From contig JAMCYP010000021.1 of the NCBI GenBank assembly GCA_023476545.1, positions 1 to 60,535 on the forward strand: 60,535 nt of DNA, given 5' to 3'. The translations under genes and the position numbers were made by a program. Position 1 is the first letter of the stretch. Each line of letters starts with the position of its first letter. The stretch is from Candidatus Marsarchaeota archaeon (GTDB lineage: Archaea; Micrarchaeota; Micrarchaeia; Micrarchaeales; CABMGC01). Below, piece by piece: positions 28,276 through 37,052 of the stretch. Below the pieces are notes generated by a model, which worked only from the letters and a program-made list of their open reading frames with translations, was not told where the DNA came from and did no database searches.

Positions 28276-29045
28276 CTGAGAACCCTAAAGTAGAGGTACG
28301 CGGCTATCGCCACCACCGCGACAATTATCAGCAGGTAGATCAGCGTGCCGTATTGGCTGTACACGTTGTTGAAGTACTGCACTACCTCTTGCTCCGGTGT
28401 CTGTGTAATTATGTACTCGAAGTTAAAGTTCTGCAGCGGTTCCGCGGAGTACCATGCGAAGCTGCTGCTCGAATACTGAGCGTTTGAGTTGGGTGCGGGG
28501 AAGTCCGGAAGCGGGTAGATGGAGACAATCTTCGTTCCGTTTGGCACCTCTATGGTGAGCCTGGCGTTGGCGAAGAGCGACTCTCCGCTTGCGGTGTGCA
28601 GGTAGTTGAATACGCTACTGTTGATCCTGTACTCAAACTGCCTCGGGGCCACGCTTATCACGCTTGTGACGTTGTTCGCGTCGTAACTCATCATGAGCGA
28701 CGCGTAGCCTCCGCCATCGCTCGCCGGGGTTATGGGCCCTGGCAGGAACGTGAAGTTGCTTATGCTCGACTTGGGGTTCAGTATGTGCTGCGTGAGGAAC
28801 GGCGACCCGCCTATGACCTTCTGCCAGTTGTCAAGCGACAGGTTGAACGCCTGCCTGTCCTGCGTGTACGTGGCTATCGAGGCATTGCTGACATAGAGCT
28901 GCACCCCCTCTATAACGTGCGCGGAGGTCGAGTTGGTCAGGAATACGGTGGTCGAGAGGTAGGTGGCGTTGAAATAAGCGCTGGCGCTTCCTGTGGTTAG
29001 TGCCACAAGCAGAAGGAAGGATGCCAAGACGAGCTTTGCCCTCAT
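28272..29045 (-). CDS. hypothetical secreted protein with C-terminal TM anchor
   Basis: Signal peptide, beta-rich body, C-terminal hydrophobic helix; overlaps the pheS start. Confidence 0.75.
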   Translation of the reverse strand: MRAKLVLASFLLLVALTTGSASAYFNATYLSTTVFLTNSTSAHVIEGVQLYVSNASIATYTQDRQAFNLSLDNWQKVIGGSPFLTQHILNPKSSISNFTFLPGPITPASDGGGYASLMMSYDANNVTSVISVAPRQFEYRINSSVFNYLHTASGESLFANARLTIEVPNGTKIVSIYPLPDFPAPNSNAQYSSSSFAWYSAEPLQNFNFEYIITQTPEQEVVQYFNNVYSQYGTLIYLLIIVAVVAIAAYLYFRVLR

Positions 29046-29143
29046 TATTTTGACCTAGTTAGGATTAGAAAACAAGGTATAAAACCCTATACTCTACCCC
29101 TGCTTTTCCAGAACCTTTTTTCAAGCCAATCTTTATAAGCGGC

Positions 29144-29554
29144 TTGCTTGATAGACCTGTGATAAGAATGATGGGAGAAAGGCCGAATTCGCAAGACAAC
29201 AGGATAACAACCGCTCCGATAAGCGGAGAAGATGACAAGATTTTCTCGATCCACAGCACGCTTGTTGTAGACGCGGAGAGCCTTCCGCTACTCGCCAGGG
29301 CATACGGCGAGGCAACAAACAGTTTCTCCGATCTGCTCAGGGTCCATAATGTGGGAAGCATGGTCTTCATAGGAACCCCAACGATCAGTATGCGAAACCA
29401 GTCGAAAGACGGTTCCGCCCTGATAGAGATAACCGCCAACGCTGACTGCGAAAGGTCAGAGATCGCAGGCCCAGAGCTGGTTGTTGCGGCGTTCCGGACC
29501 GAGGTACAGAGGTCCATGCAGCTGCTGAAAACGGACGACAGGCGTAAGGGCTGA
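29144..29554 (+). CDS. hypothetical protein
   Basis: 136 aa ORF after TTTATAA; no family recognised. Confidence 0.45.
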   Translation: MLDRPVIRMMGERPNSQDNRITTAPISGEDDKIFSIHSTLVVDAESLPLLARAYGEATNSFSDLLRVHNVGSMVFIGTPTISMRNQSKDGSALIEITANADCERSEIAGPELVVAAFRTEVQRSMQLLKTDDRRKG

Positions 29555-29615
29555 CGCGACTAGGATACTATTAAAAGCCTTTCAGACGAAGAATAATACA
29601 GCTGACGTGTTCTAC

Positions 29616-30041
29616 ATGGCAGAAAAAAGTAAGCTACTCGCAGTCATAAGAGTGCGCGGGCGCGTAAAGGTCAGGCAGAGCATAGCGGAGACGCTAGACA
29701 GGCTCAACCTGAGGCGTGTCAACAACCTAGTGCTGGTGAATTCAACCAACTCCTCGTACATGGGCATGCTTAAGAAGTGCAAGGACTTCGTCACTTTCGG
29801 CGAGATAGACAAGGAGACGCTTGCAAAGCTCCTGACGGCGAAGGGGATCAAGGTCGAGGATTCGGCCGCGACGTCGCTCGTTTCAGGGGGCGCATCACCA
29901 AAGGAGCTGAAGATAGAGCTTCCGCTCAGGATGCACCCGCCAAAGCACGGATACGAGGGCATAAAGAGCTCGTACGCGAACGGAGGCAGCCTCGGATACA
30001 GGAGCGAGGAGATAAACAAGCTGATAACAAGAATGCTGTGA
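29616..30041 (+). CDS. rpl30p: 50S ribosomal protein L30 (uL30)
   Basis: AVIRVRG, GMLKK.KDFVTFGE, RMHPP..G, GGSLGYR. Confidence 0.95.
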   Translation: MAEKSKLLAVIRVRGRVKVRQSIAETLDRLNLRRVNNLVLVNSTNSSYMGMLKKCKDFVTFGEIDKETLAKLLTAKGIKVEDSAATSLVSGGASPKELKIELPLRMHPPKHGYEGIKSSYANGGSLGYRSEEINKLITRML

Positions 30042-30047
30042 TGTATT

Positions 30048-30443
30048 ATGGTTCTACGTATCAAGAAGAGGAGAAAGTACCTCGGAAACAGGAGATGGGG
30101 AGCTGGCAACATAAAGAACGCGAGGGGAGCCGGCGACCGCGGAGGAGTAGGCAGGGGCGGAAGAAAGCACAAGATGACCTACCTGCTGGTGTACGAACGC
30201 GAGAGCCTGGTACACAAGGGCTTCGCCCCATGGAGGAAGAAGGTACTTGATATAATAGACCTTAACGCGATCTCCAAGCGCGCATCGGAGATGAAGGACG
30301 CAAAGCCCACCATAGAGCTGAAAGGCTTCAAGGTGCTGGGCAGCGGCAAGCTCGCAAAGCCTGCTGTTGTCAAGGCGAGCGGATTCTCGAAGAGCGCAGA
30401 AGAGAAGATAAAGCAGGCTGGAGGGGAAGCGCTAAGGTTCTGA
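30048..30443 (+). CDS. rpl15: 50S ribosomal protein L15 (uL15)
   Basis: RGAGDRGGVGRGG, KVLGSG, FSKSAEEKIKQAGG. Confidence 0.96.
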   Translation: MVLRIKKRRKYLGNRRWGAGNIKNARGAGDRGGVGRGGRKHKMTYLLVYERESLVHKGFAPWRKKVLDIIDLNAISKRASEMKDAKPTIELKGFKVLGSGKLAKPAVVKASGFSKSAEEKIKQAGGEALRF

Positions 30444-30453
30444 GTGTTTTTGG

Positions 30454-31638
30454 ATGCAACATCTTAACATCGCCTTCTATTCAGACAGCTACCTGCCCGC
30501 CGTCGATGGCGTGGTCATGTCGATACTCGAGTTCAAGCGCGAGCTCGAGAGACGGGGGCACAACGTTTACGTCTTCGCTAGCGCCAGCATGAAGGACAAG
30601 AGGAAGTACAGCTCCAGGACCGTCTTCCTGCACACTGGAATGAAGTTCAAGCCCTACCCGCAGTACAGCGTCGCGCTCTTTCCATACTACTCATCGATGC
30701 CCACCCAGCTCAAGAAACTCGACATAGACCTTGTGCACGCGCACACGCCATTCATGATGGGCTTCACCGGCCTCCTTGCCGCGAAGCTTGGCAGGTACCC
30801 GCTGGTCGGCACCTTCCACACCATGATAAACAGCTCCTCGCTCAGCACATACTATCCGAAGAACAGGGTGCTGCGCAACTTCTACTCCACATACCTCTGG
30901 AAGTACACGAAGTTCTTCTACAGGTCGTGCGATGCGACCCTTGCGCCCTCGCGCGCAGTCGCATCGATGCTCAACAGGCACCATATAGGGAACGTGTCTG
31001 TACTGCCGAACAGCGTCGACCTCAAGAGGTTCTCGCCTAGGGTAAGCGGCGAGAAGATGAGGAAGAGGCTGGGCATAAGGGACAGGGACAAGATGGTCCT
31101 CTACCTGGGCAGGATCAGCAAGGAGAAGAGGGTGGACGTGATGCTCAAAGCCGCGAAGATACTGCTTAAGAGGCGCGATGACGTCCAGTTCGTCGTGGGC
31201 GGCTCGGGGCCAGAACTGGAATCCACGAAGCGGCTGGCCACGAGGCTGGGCATAGGCCACAAAATCCACTTCCTCGGCTTCGTCGACCACGAGGCGCTCC
31301 CTGACCTCTACGCGGCGAGCGACATGCTCTGCCTGCCATCCCACCGCTTCGAGACGCAGGGCATAGTGGCGGTGGAGGCGATGGCGGTCGGAAAGCCAGT
31401 GGTCGGCTCGGACGACCTCGCGCTGAAGGACCTGATAAAGAACGGCAAGAACGGTGAGAAGTTCAGGTCGCTGGATTACGCCGACTGCGCCAGAAAGATA
31501 GAAAAGGTTTTAAATAGCAGAGACTCCTATACAAGGCAAGCGGTGAACACTGCCAAGAACTACTCTACACGGCGCGTCACCGATAAGTTGCTAAAAACTT
31601 ACGAACTTTTAGTTTCGAACAGGCGGTTAACTGAGTGA
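30454..31638 (+). CDS. glycosyltransferase family 4
   Basis: DSYLPAVDGV, HAHTPF, GRISKEK, ETQGIVAVEAMA. Confidence 0.93.
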   Translation: MQHLNIAFYSDSYLPAVDGVVMSILEFKRELERRGHNVYVFASASMKDKRKYSSRTVFLHTGMKFKPYPQYSVALFPYYSSMPTQLKKLDIDLVHAHTPFMMGFTGLLAAKLGRYPLVGTFHTMINSSSLSTYYPKNRVLRNFYSTYLWKYTKFFYRSCDATLAPSRAVASMLNRHHIGNVSVLPNSVDLKRFSPRVSGEKMRKRLGIRDRDKMVLYLGRISKEKRVDVMLKAAKILLKRRDDVQFVVGGSGPELESTKRLATRLGIGHKIHFLGFVDHEALPDLYAASDMLCLPSHRFETQGIVAVEAMAVGKPVVGSDDLALKDLIKNGKNGEKFRSLDYADCARKIEKVLNSRDSYTRQAVNTAKNYSTRRVTDKLLKTYELLVSNRRLTE

Positions 31639-31669
31639 GAATGAAGAGGGCAGCAAGCTAGCGGACAAA

Positions 31670-32269
31670 GTGGGCGGCGACAACAAGACGCAAAAGACAG
31701 AGCCGAAGCAGTCCGCGGAGCCCGACGCCACCACGAAGCTCAAGGAGCAGATCGAAGCGGAGAAGAAGAAGCGCGCCCAGCTCATAGACCAGATGAGAAG
31801 GCTGAGGAGCAAGCTCAACTACAAGCAGGAGGAGCAGATCGCCATATCGAAGCTGTCGAGCATAAACACCGTGCCGAAGAACCTCGGAAGGCTCAAGAGG
31901 ATGAAGAGCAGCATCGAGTTCAAGATATCAACGCAGGCCTCGACACTCGCGGCCGAGAGGGAGCTGATAAAGGAGCTGAACAAGATAAACAAGGAGCTGG
32001 AAGAGGCGCAGAGCGTTTACAGGTTCAAGAGAAAGGCGGAGCTCGTGACCAAGGACATAGACGAGATAGGCAAGGCTCTTGAGTCCTACAAGAACCAGGT
32101 TCTGGAGGTGGACAAGAAGCTTGACGAACTCTACGCGCAGCTGCGAGGCAGCGGCGGCGCCTGGAGGAGACTGGAGGGCGGCGCGAGGCCGAAACGCCCG
32201 CAGAAGCGCGAGGAACCCTTCGAGGTAAGCCTGGAGGACATAGCGACCATAAGGAAGAAGGAAGAGTAA
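31670..32269 (+). CDS. coiled-coil protein
   Basis: Heptad-rich K/E sequence, IEFKISTQA..ERELI. Confidence 0.7.
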   Translation: MGGDNKTQKTEPKQSAEPDATTKLKEQIEAEKKKRAQLIDQMRRLRSKLNYKQEEQIAISKLSSINTVPKNLGRLKRMKSSIEFKISTQASTLAAERELIKELNKINKELEEAQSVYRFKRKAELVTKDIDEIGKALESYKNQVLEVDKKLDELYAQLRGSGGAWRRLEGGARPKRPQKREEPFEVSLEDIATIRKKEE

Positions 32270-32352
32270 TAGTGAGAATGAGAGTTGCAGAGCAACACAG
32301 ACAACAGACAAGATACAAGAAACAAGAAAGTAAGAACAAGGATTGATTTAGA

Positions 32353-33864
32353 ATGGAAAGGAAATTAGCAGATGCAGATGAATGGTACGGAACAGGAAGA
32401 TACACAAGGATTGATTCGAAGGCGGTGCGCAGCGGCGAAACGCGCCGTAGGCCCCAATCGAGACCAAGAGAGGAGAGGCAGCCCAGGGAGGAGAAGCAAC
32501 CCAAGGAAGAGAGGAAGCCAAGGGCTCCCCGGGAGGTCATAAAGGACGGCAAGCTGAGGCTTACCTTCTATGGCGCGGCCAGGGAGGTGGGAAGGAGCTG
32601 CATAATGGTAGAGGGCAAGGACACCAAGATACTGATAGACGCGGGCATAAAGCTCGGCGAGGTGGAAGAGCACCCAGTCATAGAAGACTCGCTGCTCAGC
32701 GAGATAGACGCCATAGTGATATCGCACGCGCACCTGGACCACTGCGGCTACCTGCCGCACATACTGTCGAACGGGTTCAACGGCCCGATCTACGCGCTCA
32801 AGCCCACGTTCGAACTCGTGAACGTGATCGTGAACGACTACCTTAACATCTCCAAGCCAAAGGGAATAAGGAAGGACGCGCTCGCGAAGATGCCAAAGCA
32901 CTACAAGATGGTCGAGTACCACGAGGAGTTCAAGGTCAAGGACCTCTCGATAAAACTCGTGCCTGCTGGCCACATACTCGGAAGCGCAATGGTGGAGATC
33001 AGGGAAGGGGACAACAGGCTCCTCTACACCGGAGACATAAGCCTCAAGACCACAAAGCTGCTTGACCCCGCGTACACCGAGTACCTCAATGCCAGCACGC
33101 TCATAACTGAGAGCACATACAGCGGCACAGATGACGTCTTCATATCGGAGAAGCAGGTCATGGCAGACTTCGTTAAGAGCATGAAGGAGACGCTGAAGGA
33201 CGGCAACAAGGTGATAATACCGAGCTTCGCAGTCGGGAAGGCGCAGACCGTGCTCTTCATACTCGACGACTACGTGCGCTCCGGGGTGCTGCCGAAGGTG
33301 CCGATATACGTAGACGGAATGATAAACAAGGTGATGCGCATCTACAGGCACAATGTGATCTACTGCAGGGACGAGCTGCAGAAGCGCATACTGATGAGCG
33401 ACGACGACCCGTTCAAGAGCCCGAACTTCCACGTGGTGGAGGGCAAGGACGAGAGGTCGAAGGTGATAAAGAAGGTCGAGCCTGCGATAATAGTAACGAC
33501 GAGCGGCATGCTCAAGGGAGGGCCGGTGGTCAGGTACCTGGAGAAACTGGGCGACGACAGCGCGAACAAGCTCATAATCATGGGCTACCAGGCTCCGGGC
33601 ACTCAGGGAAGCGAGATACTCGGAGGAGCCAAGGAGGTAAGCTTCGACGGGAAGAAGGTGAAGATAGGGCTAAAGGTGGAGACCTACAGGCTTCCGGGCC
33701 ACGCGGACAGGGAGCAGCTCCTCAGGCTGATCGGAAAGGTGCAGGGTCTGAAGAACATATTCATAATCCACGGCGAGGAGAGCAAGCAGAAGGAGTTTGC
33801 CACGGAGCTGAGCCGCAAGTACAAGGTCACGCTGCCCGTGCTGAAGGAGCACTACGAGGTATGA
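32353..33864 (+). CDS. beta-CASP metallo-beta-lactamase ribonuclease (aCPSF-like, no KH domains)
   Basis: EVGRSC, SHAHLDHCG, AGHILGS, YTGD, TESTY, TSGML.GG, GHAD, HGE. Confidence 0.92.
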   Translation: MERKLADADEWYGTGRYTRIDSKAVRSGETRRRPQSRPREERQPREEKQPKEERKPRAPREVIKDGKLRLTFYGAAREVGRSCIMVEGKDTKILIDAGIKLGEVEEHPVIEDSLLSEIDAIVISHAHLDHCGYLPHILSNGFNGPIYALKPTFELVNVIVNDYLNISKPKGIRKDALAKMPKHYKMVEYHEEFKVKDLSIKLVPAGHILGSAMVEIREGDNRLLYTGDISLKTTKLLDPAYTEYLNASTLITESTYSGTDDVFISEKQVMADFVKSMKETLKDGNKVIIPSFAVGKAQTVLFILDDYVRSGVLPKVPIYVDGMINKVMRIYRHNVIYCRDELQKRILMSDDDPFKSPNFHVVEGKDERSKVIKKVEPAIIVTTSGMLKGGPVVRYLEKLGDDSANKLIIMGYQAPGTQGSEILGGAKEVSFDGKKVKIGLKVETYRLPGHADREQLLRLIGKVQGLKNIFIIHGEESKQKEFATELSRKYKVTLPVLKEHYEV

Positions 33865-34161
33865 TCACTCGTCACTGCTGCGCTCTATCCTGAAGCCGTC
33901 GTACCCTTCCCCATCTCCGGCATCCTGCTCGGCCCTCTCAATGTGCATGACCTGGGGGCCGTGCTGATAGCTGACCGCTATCTCTTTCTCGAACAGGGCA
34001 AGCGTATCGCTGTCTCCAACCGCCACCACCTCAACGCTTCCGTCTCTCAAGTTTCTAACGTGTCCTGTAACGTTGCGGCGTCTTGCGACATCACGCACCA
34101 GGTTCCTGTAACCGACGCCCTGTACCACCCCGTGCACTATCAGCGTTACCTTCATCGTCAC
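33865..34161 (-). CDS. acyP: acylphosphatase
   Basis: VQGVGYR, GHVRNLRDGSVE. Confidence 0.93.
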   Translation of the reverse strand: MTMKVTLIVHGVVQGVGYRNLVRDVARRRNVTGHVRNLRDGSVEVVAVGDSDTLALFEKEIAVSYQHGPQVMHIERAEQDAGDGEGYDGFRIERSSDE

Positions 34162-34212
34162 AGAATGTGCTATTGATATTTAAAAGTTAAATGCCGAGTT
34201 GGCTAAGAATGC

Positions 34213-35445
34213 ATGCAGACAAAACTATTCACTCTGGAAAACGGGATGAAGGTCGCGATCTATTCGGCTCCGCAGTACGAGACTGTTGGTGTGACTGTGG
34301 GAGTGAGATATGGATCGATAGATGAAGATCCAAGGGTCAGCGGCGCCGCCCACTATCTCGAACATATGCTCTTCAAGGGAACGAAGAGGCGCACGTGGCA
34401 GCAGATAAACGATATACCTCGAAACCTTGGAATGATACGCAACGCGTTCACAGACAAGGAAACGACCACGTACTTCCTCGGATCCTACAAGGGATATTTT
34501 GACAAGGCGCTTGACTTGCTCTCAGACCAGGTGATCAACTCGACCTTCCCGAAGAAAGAGTTTGAACTCGAGCGCGGTCCTATAATCAATGAGAACCTGA
34601 TAAACGACGACTCGCCTATATACATGTTCTATGATTTCATCCCCAAGGTTCTTTACAAGAAACATCCGGCGAAGATGCCGACAGGAGGCGATGAAGCGAC
34701 GATAAAGAGGACGAGACTATCGGATGTGCTCAACATATACGACAAGTACTACTCTCCAGAGAACATGCTTGTCTCTGTATATGGAGGCGTTAACGCTGCG
34801 AAGGCACTCTTGCTCGTTAAGAAACATTTCTCTGGATTTGAGAAGAAACACAGCCCGCAACACAGAACAAACGCAAATGAACGGCAGGAGAGGAACGAAC
34901 TCACAGTGTCGAAGAGAGGAATAAAACAGACCCGGATAGGCATAGGGTTTAAGACGGCCGCGTTCGGCGATGCTGGCATTGGCGAATACGCTTCAATTTC
35001 CGTAATATCGGAGATACTAAGCAGGCGCATGTTTGACGAAGTGAGGGAGAAGCGCGGCCTATCATACGACCCGAGGGCGTCCTACTCTGCTTACAGCACA
35101 TTCAGTTTCATAGCCGCGGCTGCTGGAGTGGAACCCAAGAACCTGGAGCAAGCGAAGGAAGTCATACTCAAGGAGTTCGAAAAGATGCAGAATGGAGAGG
35201 TGGGCAGGGACGAGCTGCAGAAACGAAAGAACGGGCTCAGCATACGTTTCCTGACCCAGCGCGAAGACACTCTTGGTATGGCACTTTCAATGTCCGAGGC
35301 GTACCTGCTGTATGGAGACGCGCTGATCGCCGAACGCATGCCGGCTCTGATAAAAAGAGTCACGCTTGATGATGTGCGTAAGTACTGCAGCAGATATATC
35401 AACGCTGATAGGTACGGACTGGTAGTTCTGAAGCCTAAGAAGTAA
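34213..35445 (+). CDS. M16 family zinc peptidase
   Basis: GAAHYLEHMLFKGT (HxxEH), NAFT, RMFDEVREKRGLSY. Confidence 0.94.
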   Translation: MQTKLFTLENGMKVAIYSAPQYETVGVTVGVRYGSIDEDPRVSGAAHYLEHMLFKGTKRRTWQQINDIPRNLGMIRNAFTDKETTTYFLGSYKGYFDKALDLLSDQVINSTFPKKEFELERGPIINENLINDDSPIYMFYDFIPKVLYKKHPAKMPTGGDEATIKRTRLSDVLNIYDKYYSPENMLVSVYGGVNAAKALLLVKKHFSGFEKKHSPQHRTNANERQERNELTVSKRGIKQTRIGIGFKTAAFGDAGIGEYASISVISEILSRRMFDEVREKRGLSYDPRASYSAYSTFSFIAAAAGVEPKNLEQAKEVILKEFEKMQNGEVGRDELQKRKNGLSIRFLTQREDTLGMALSMSEAYLLYGDALIAERMPALIKRVTLDDVRKYCSRYINADRYGLVVLKPKK

Positions 35446-35452
35446 TGATCGC

Positions 35453-35968
35453 ATGGCACTGCTGGATGGCTACAGAGGTAAGTTCAAACTCAGGCAGGTG
35501 AGCCTCTGTCTTCTGGTCAGGGAAATGGAGGTATTACTGGCGCTGAAGAAGCGCAGCTTCGGAGTAGGTAAATGGAACGGTGTGGGAGGAAAACAGCAGC
35601 CTGGAGAGAGCATAGAGCAGACCGCGGTACGGGAGACCCAAGAGGAGATAGGTGTAACCCCAACATCGATGCGGCGTGTAGCGACCCTCAATTTCTACTT
35701 TGTAGGAGATACGGAAGACAGAAACTGGAACCAGCAGGTCGTTGTCTTTCTCGTGAACAAGTGGGACGGAACACCGGCTGAGAGCGAAGAGATGCGTCCT
35801 GAATGGTTCAAACAAAACGAATTACCTTTCCAAAAGATGTGGGAGGATGATGCTTACTGGATGCCGCAGGTGCTGGAAGGAAAGAATATCATTGGCCATT
35901 TCCTTTTCGATGAGAACCAGAAGATGGTGGATCGAGAGGTAGAAGAAAGTGCGAGCGCCGGGATTTGA
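35453..35968 (+). CDS. NUDIX hydrolase, 8-oxo-dGTP diphosphatase (MTH1-like)
   Basis: KKRSFGVGKWNGVGGK, Nudix box GE...AVRETQEEIG, ESEEMRPEWF, MWEDD. Confidence 0.9.
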   Translation: MALLDGYRGKFKLRQVSLCLLVREMEVLLALKKRSFGVGKWNGVGGKQQPGESIEQTAVRETQEEIGVTPTSMRRVATLNFYFVGDTEDRNWNQQVVVFLVNKWDGTPAESEEMRPEWFKQNELPFQKMWEDDAYWMPQVLEGKNIIGHFLFDENQKMVDREVEESASAGI

Positions 35969-36022
35969 ACCCGGGTCTTTGCCTTGGAGGGGCAAAGTCC
36001 TACCAGGCTAGACTACACTCGC
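35950..36022 (-). tRNA. tRNA-Gly(TCC)
   Basis: Reverse complement GCGAGTG..TTGCC-CCTCCAA-GGCAA..GGTTCAAATCC..CGCTCGCA. Confidence 0.9.
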
Positions 36023-36127
36023 ACAGGAAGGAATTCGCCTCTCAGGTATTTAATATAGCTCACTTTGAAACCCCCATCACGCCGCGTCTCTTCTCGCCTT
36101 CAGAATCGTATTGCCCCTAACTAAAGC

Positions 36128-36146
36128 GCGAGCGCCGGGATTTGAA
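36128..36146. repeat. 19-bp copy of the tRNA-Gly 3' end (att-like direct repeat)
   Basis: GCGAGCGCCGGGATTTGAA identical to 36940-36958 and 35951-35969. Confidence 0.9.
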
Positions 36147-36180
36147 TTAATAATTCAAATACAGAACATATGCGTAACTT

Positions 36181-36618
36181 CTAGCGGCCTTTGTGAGCTA
36201 CCAGATCTTTATAGCTGAATACCTCAATTCCAAATTCATTTTTCAATGCCTTGCGCGCCTTTCTTATCCTTGAATCTTCTGTGACCAAGTTTTCCTTGAG
36301 TGCTATCGCAGTAGCAACGATGATGCGGTCTATATAATCCTTTATGCTGCTTGGCAGGAGACCGCAGGTCTCAATTATTTCTGGGCTGCAGAAAGGTGCG
36401 ACTCTGAAATTGGTGTTAATAGCTTCTATTGCCTCTATCGGAAATCTGGGCTGCAAGCCTTGTTTGTGTGCTTTCGCCTGTATCTCAAAAAGGGAAATCA
36501 TGCTAGTGCCGATTTCATCAAAAGCAAGGTCTATCTTGTGCTCGGCGATAAGTTTGAGCAAGTCCGTATCCACTTCTATCCTTGATAGCGGAAGCAGGTA
36601 TGTCGTGTCTACTATCAA
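36181..36618 (-). CDS. PIN-domain toxin (VapC-like)
   Basis: IVDTTYL, SLFE, DYIDRIIVATA, LVTED acidic PIN motifs. Confidence 0.9.
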   Translation of the reverse strand: MIVDTTYLLPLSRIEVDTDLLKLIAEHKIDLAFDEIGTSMISLFEIQAKAHKQGLQPRFPIEAIEAINTNFRVAPFCSPEIIETCGLLPSSIKDYIDRIIVATAIALKENLVTEDSRIRKARKALKNEFGIEVFSYKDLVAHKGR

Positions 36619-36620
36619 GC

Positions 36621-36854
36621 TTACACCGACTCTGACAGTCCTGCCCTGAATCTTTCAAATTCCTTTGCTGTCGTCTTGGCTAGTTTTTTTGAGTGGATTA
36701 GCGACAACAGTTTTCCCCTATTCGAAAGTGCCTTTTCAAGTATCTCATTCATGACCTTCGACACAGATTTGCTGTTCTTGTACCGCTCAAGGCTCTCCTT
36801 CACAAGCGCATCATACACGTTATTCTCTAGCAGCACCGTGGTTCTTTTAACCAT
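36621..36854 (-). CDS. putative antitoxin (ribbon-helix-helix-like)
   Basis: MVKRTTVLLENNVY...SKVMNEILEKAL; 2 bp upstream of the PIN gene. Confidence 0.8.
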   Translation of the reverse strand: MVKRTTVLLENNVYDALVKESLERYKNSKSVSKVMNEILEKALSNRGKLLSLIHSKKLAKTTAKEFERFRAGLSESV

Positions 36855-36938
36855 ATCATCACAATATGTTTGTATGCCTAAACATATAAATAGGTTTCCC
36901 CGTGGGAGAAGCGAACCCGATTTCCTTGTAAACACAAA

Positions 36939-37011
36939 TGCGAGCGCCGGGATTTGAACCCGAGTTGCAGACTTGGCAAGCCTGCGTCCTACCAGGCTAG
37001 ACTACGCTCGC
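36939..37011 (-). tRNA. tRNA-Gly(GCC)
   Basis: Reverse complement GCGAGCG..CAGGC-TTGCCAA-GTCTG..GGTTCAAATCC..CGCTCGCA. Confidence 0.95.
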
Positions 37012-37052
37012 GCGCATTAGCTATCTCCTTCAAGATTAAAATTATATGCCTG

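Larger units (their letters stand above)
36128..36958. mobile_element. mini-island (TA cassette) integrated at tRNA-Gly(GCC)
   Basis: AT-richer segment of about 0.8 kb with a VapBC-like pair, bounded by a 19-bp direct repeat of the tRNA 3' end. Confidence 0.7.

Noticed and set aside
32270-32352. A-rich intergenic stretch with ACAAG-like repeats
   Set aside because: Imperfect low-complexity sequence with no regular repeat-spacer period; not CRISPR.
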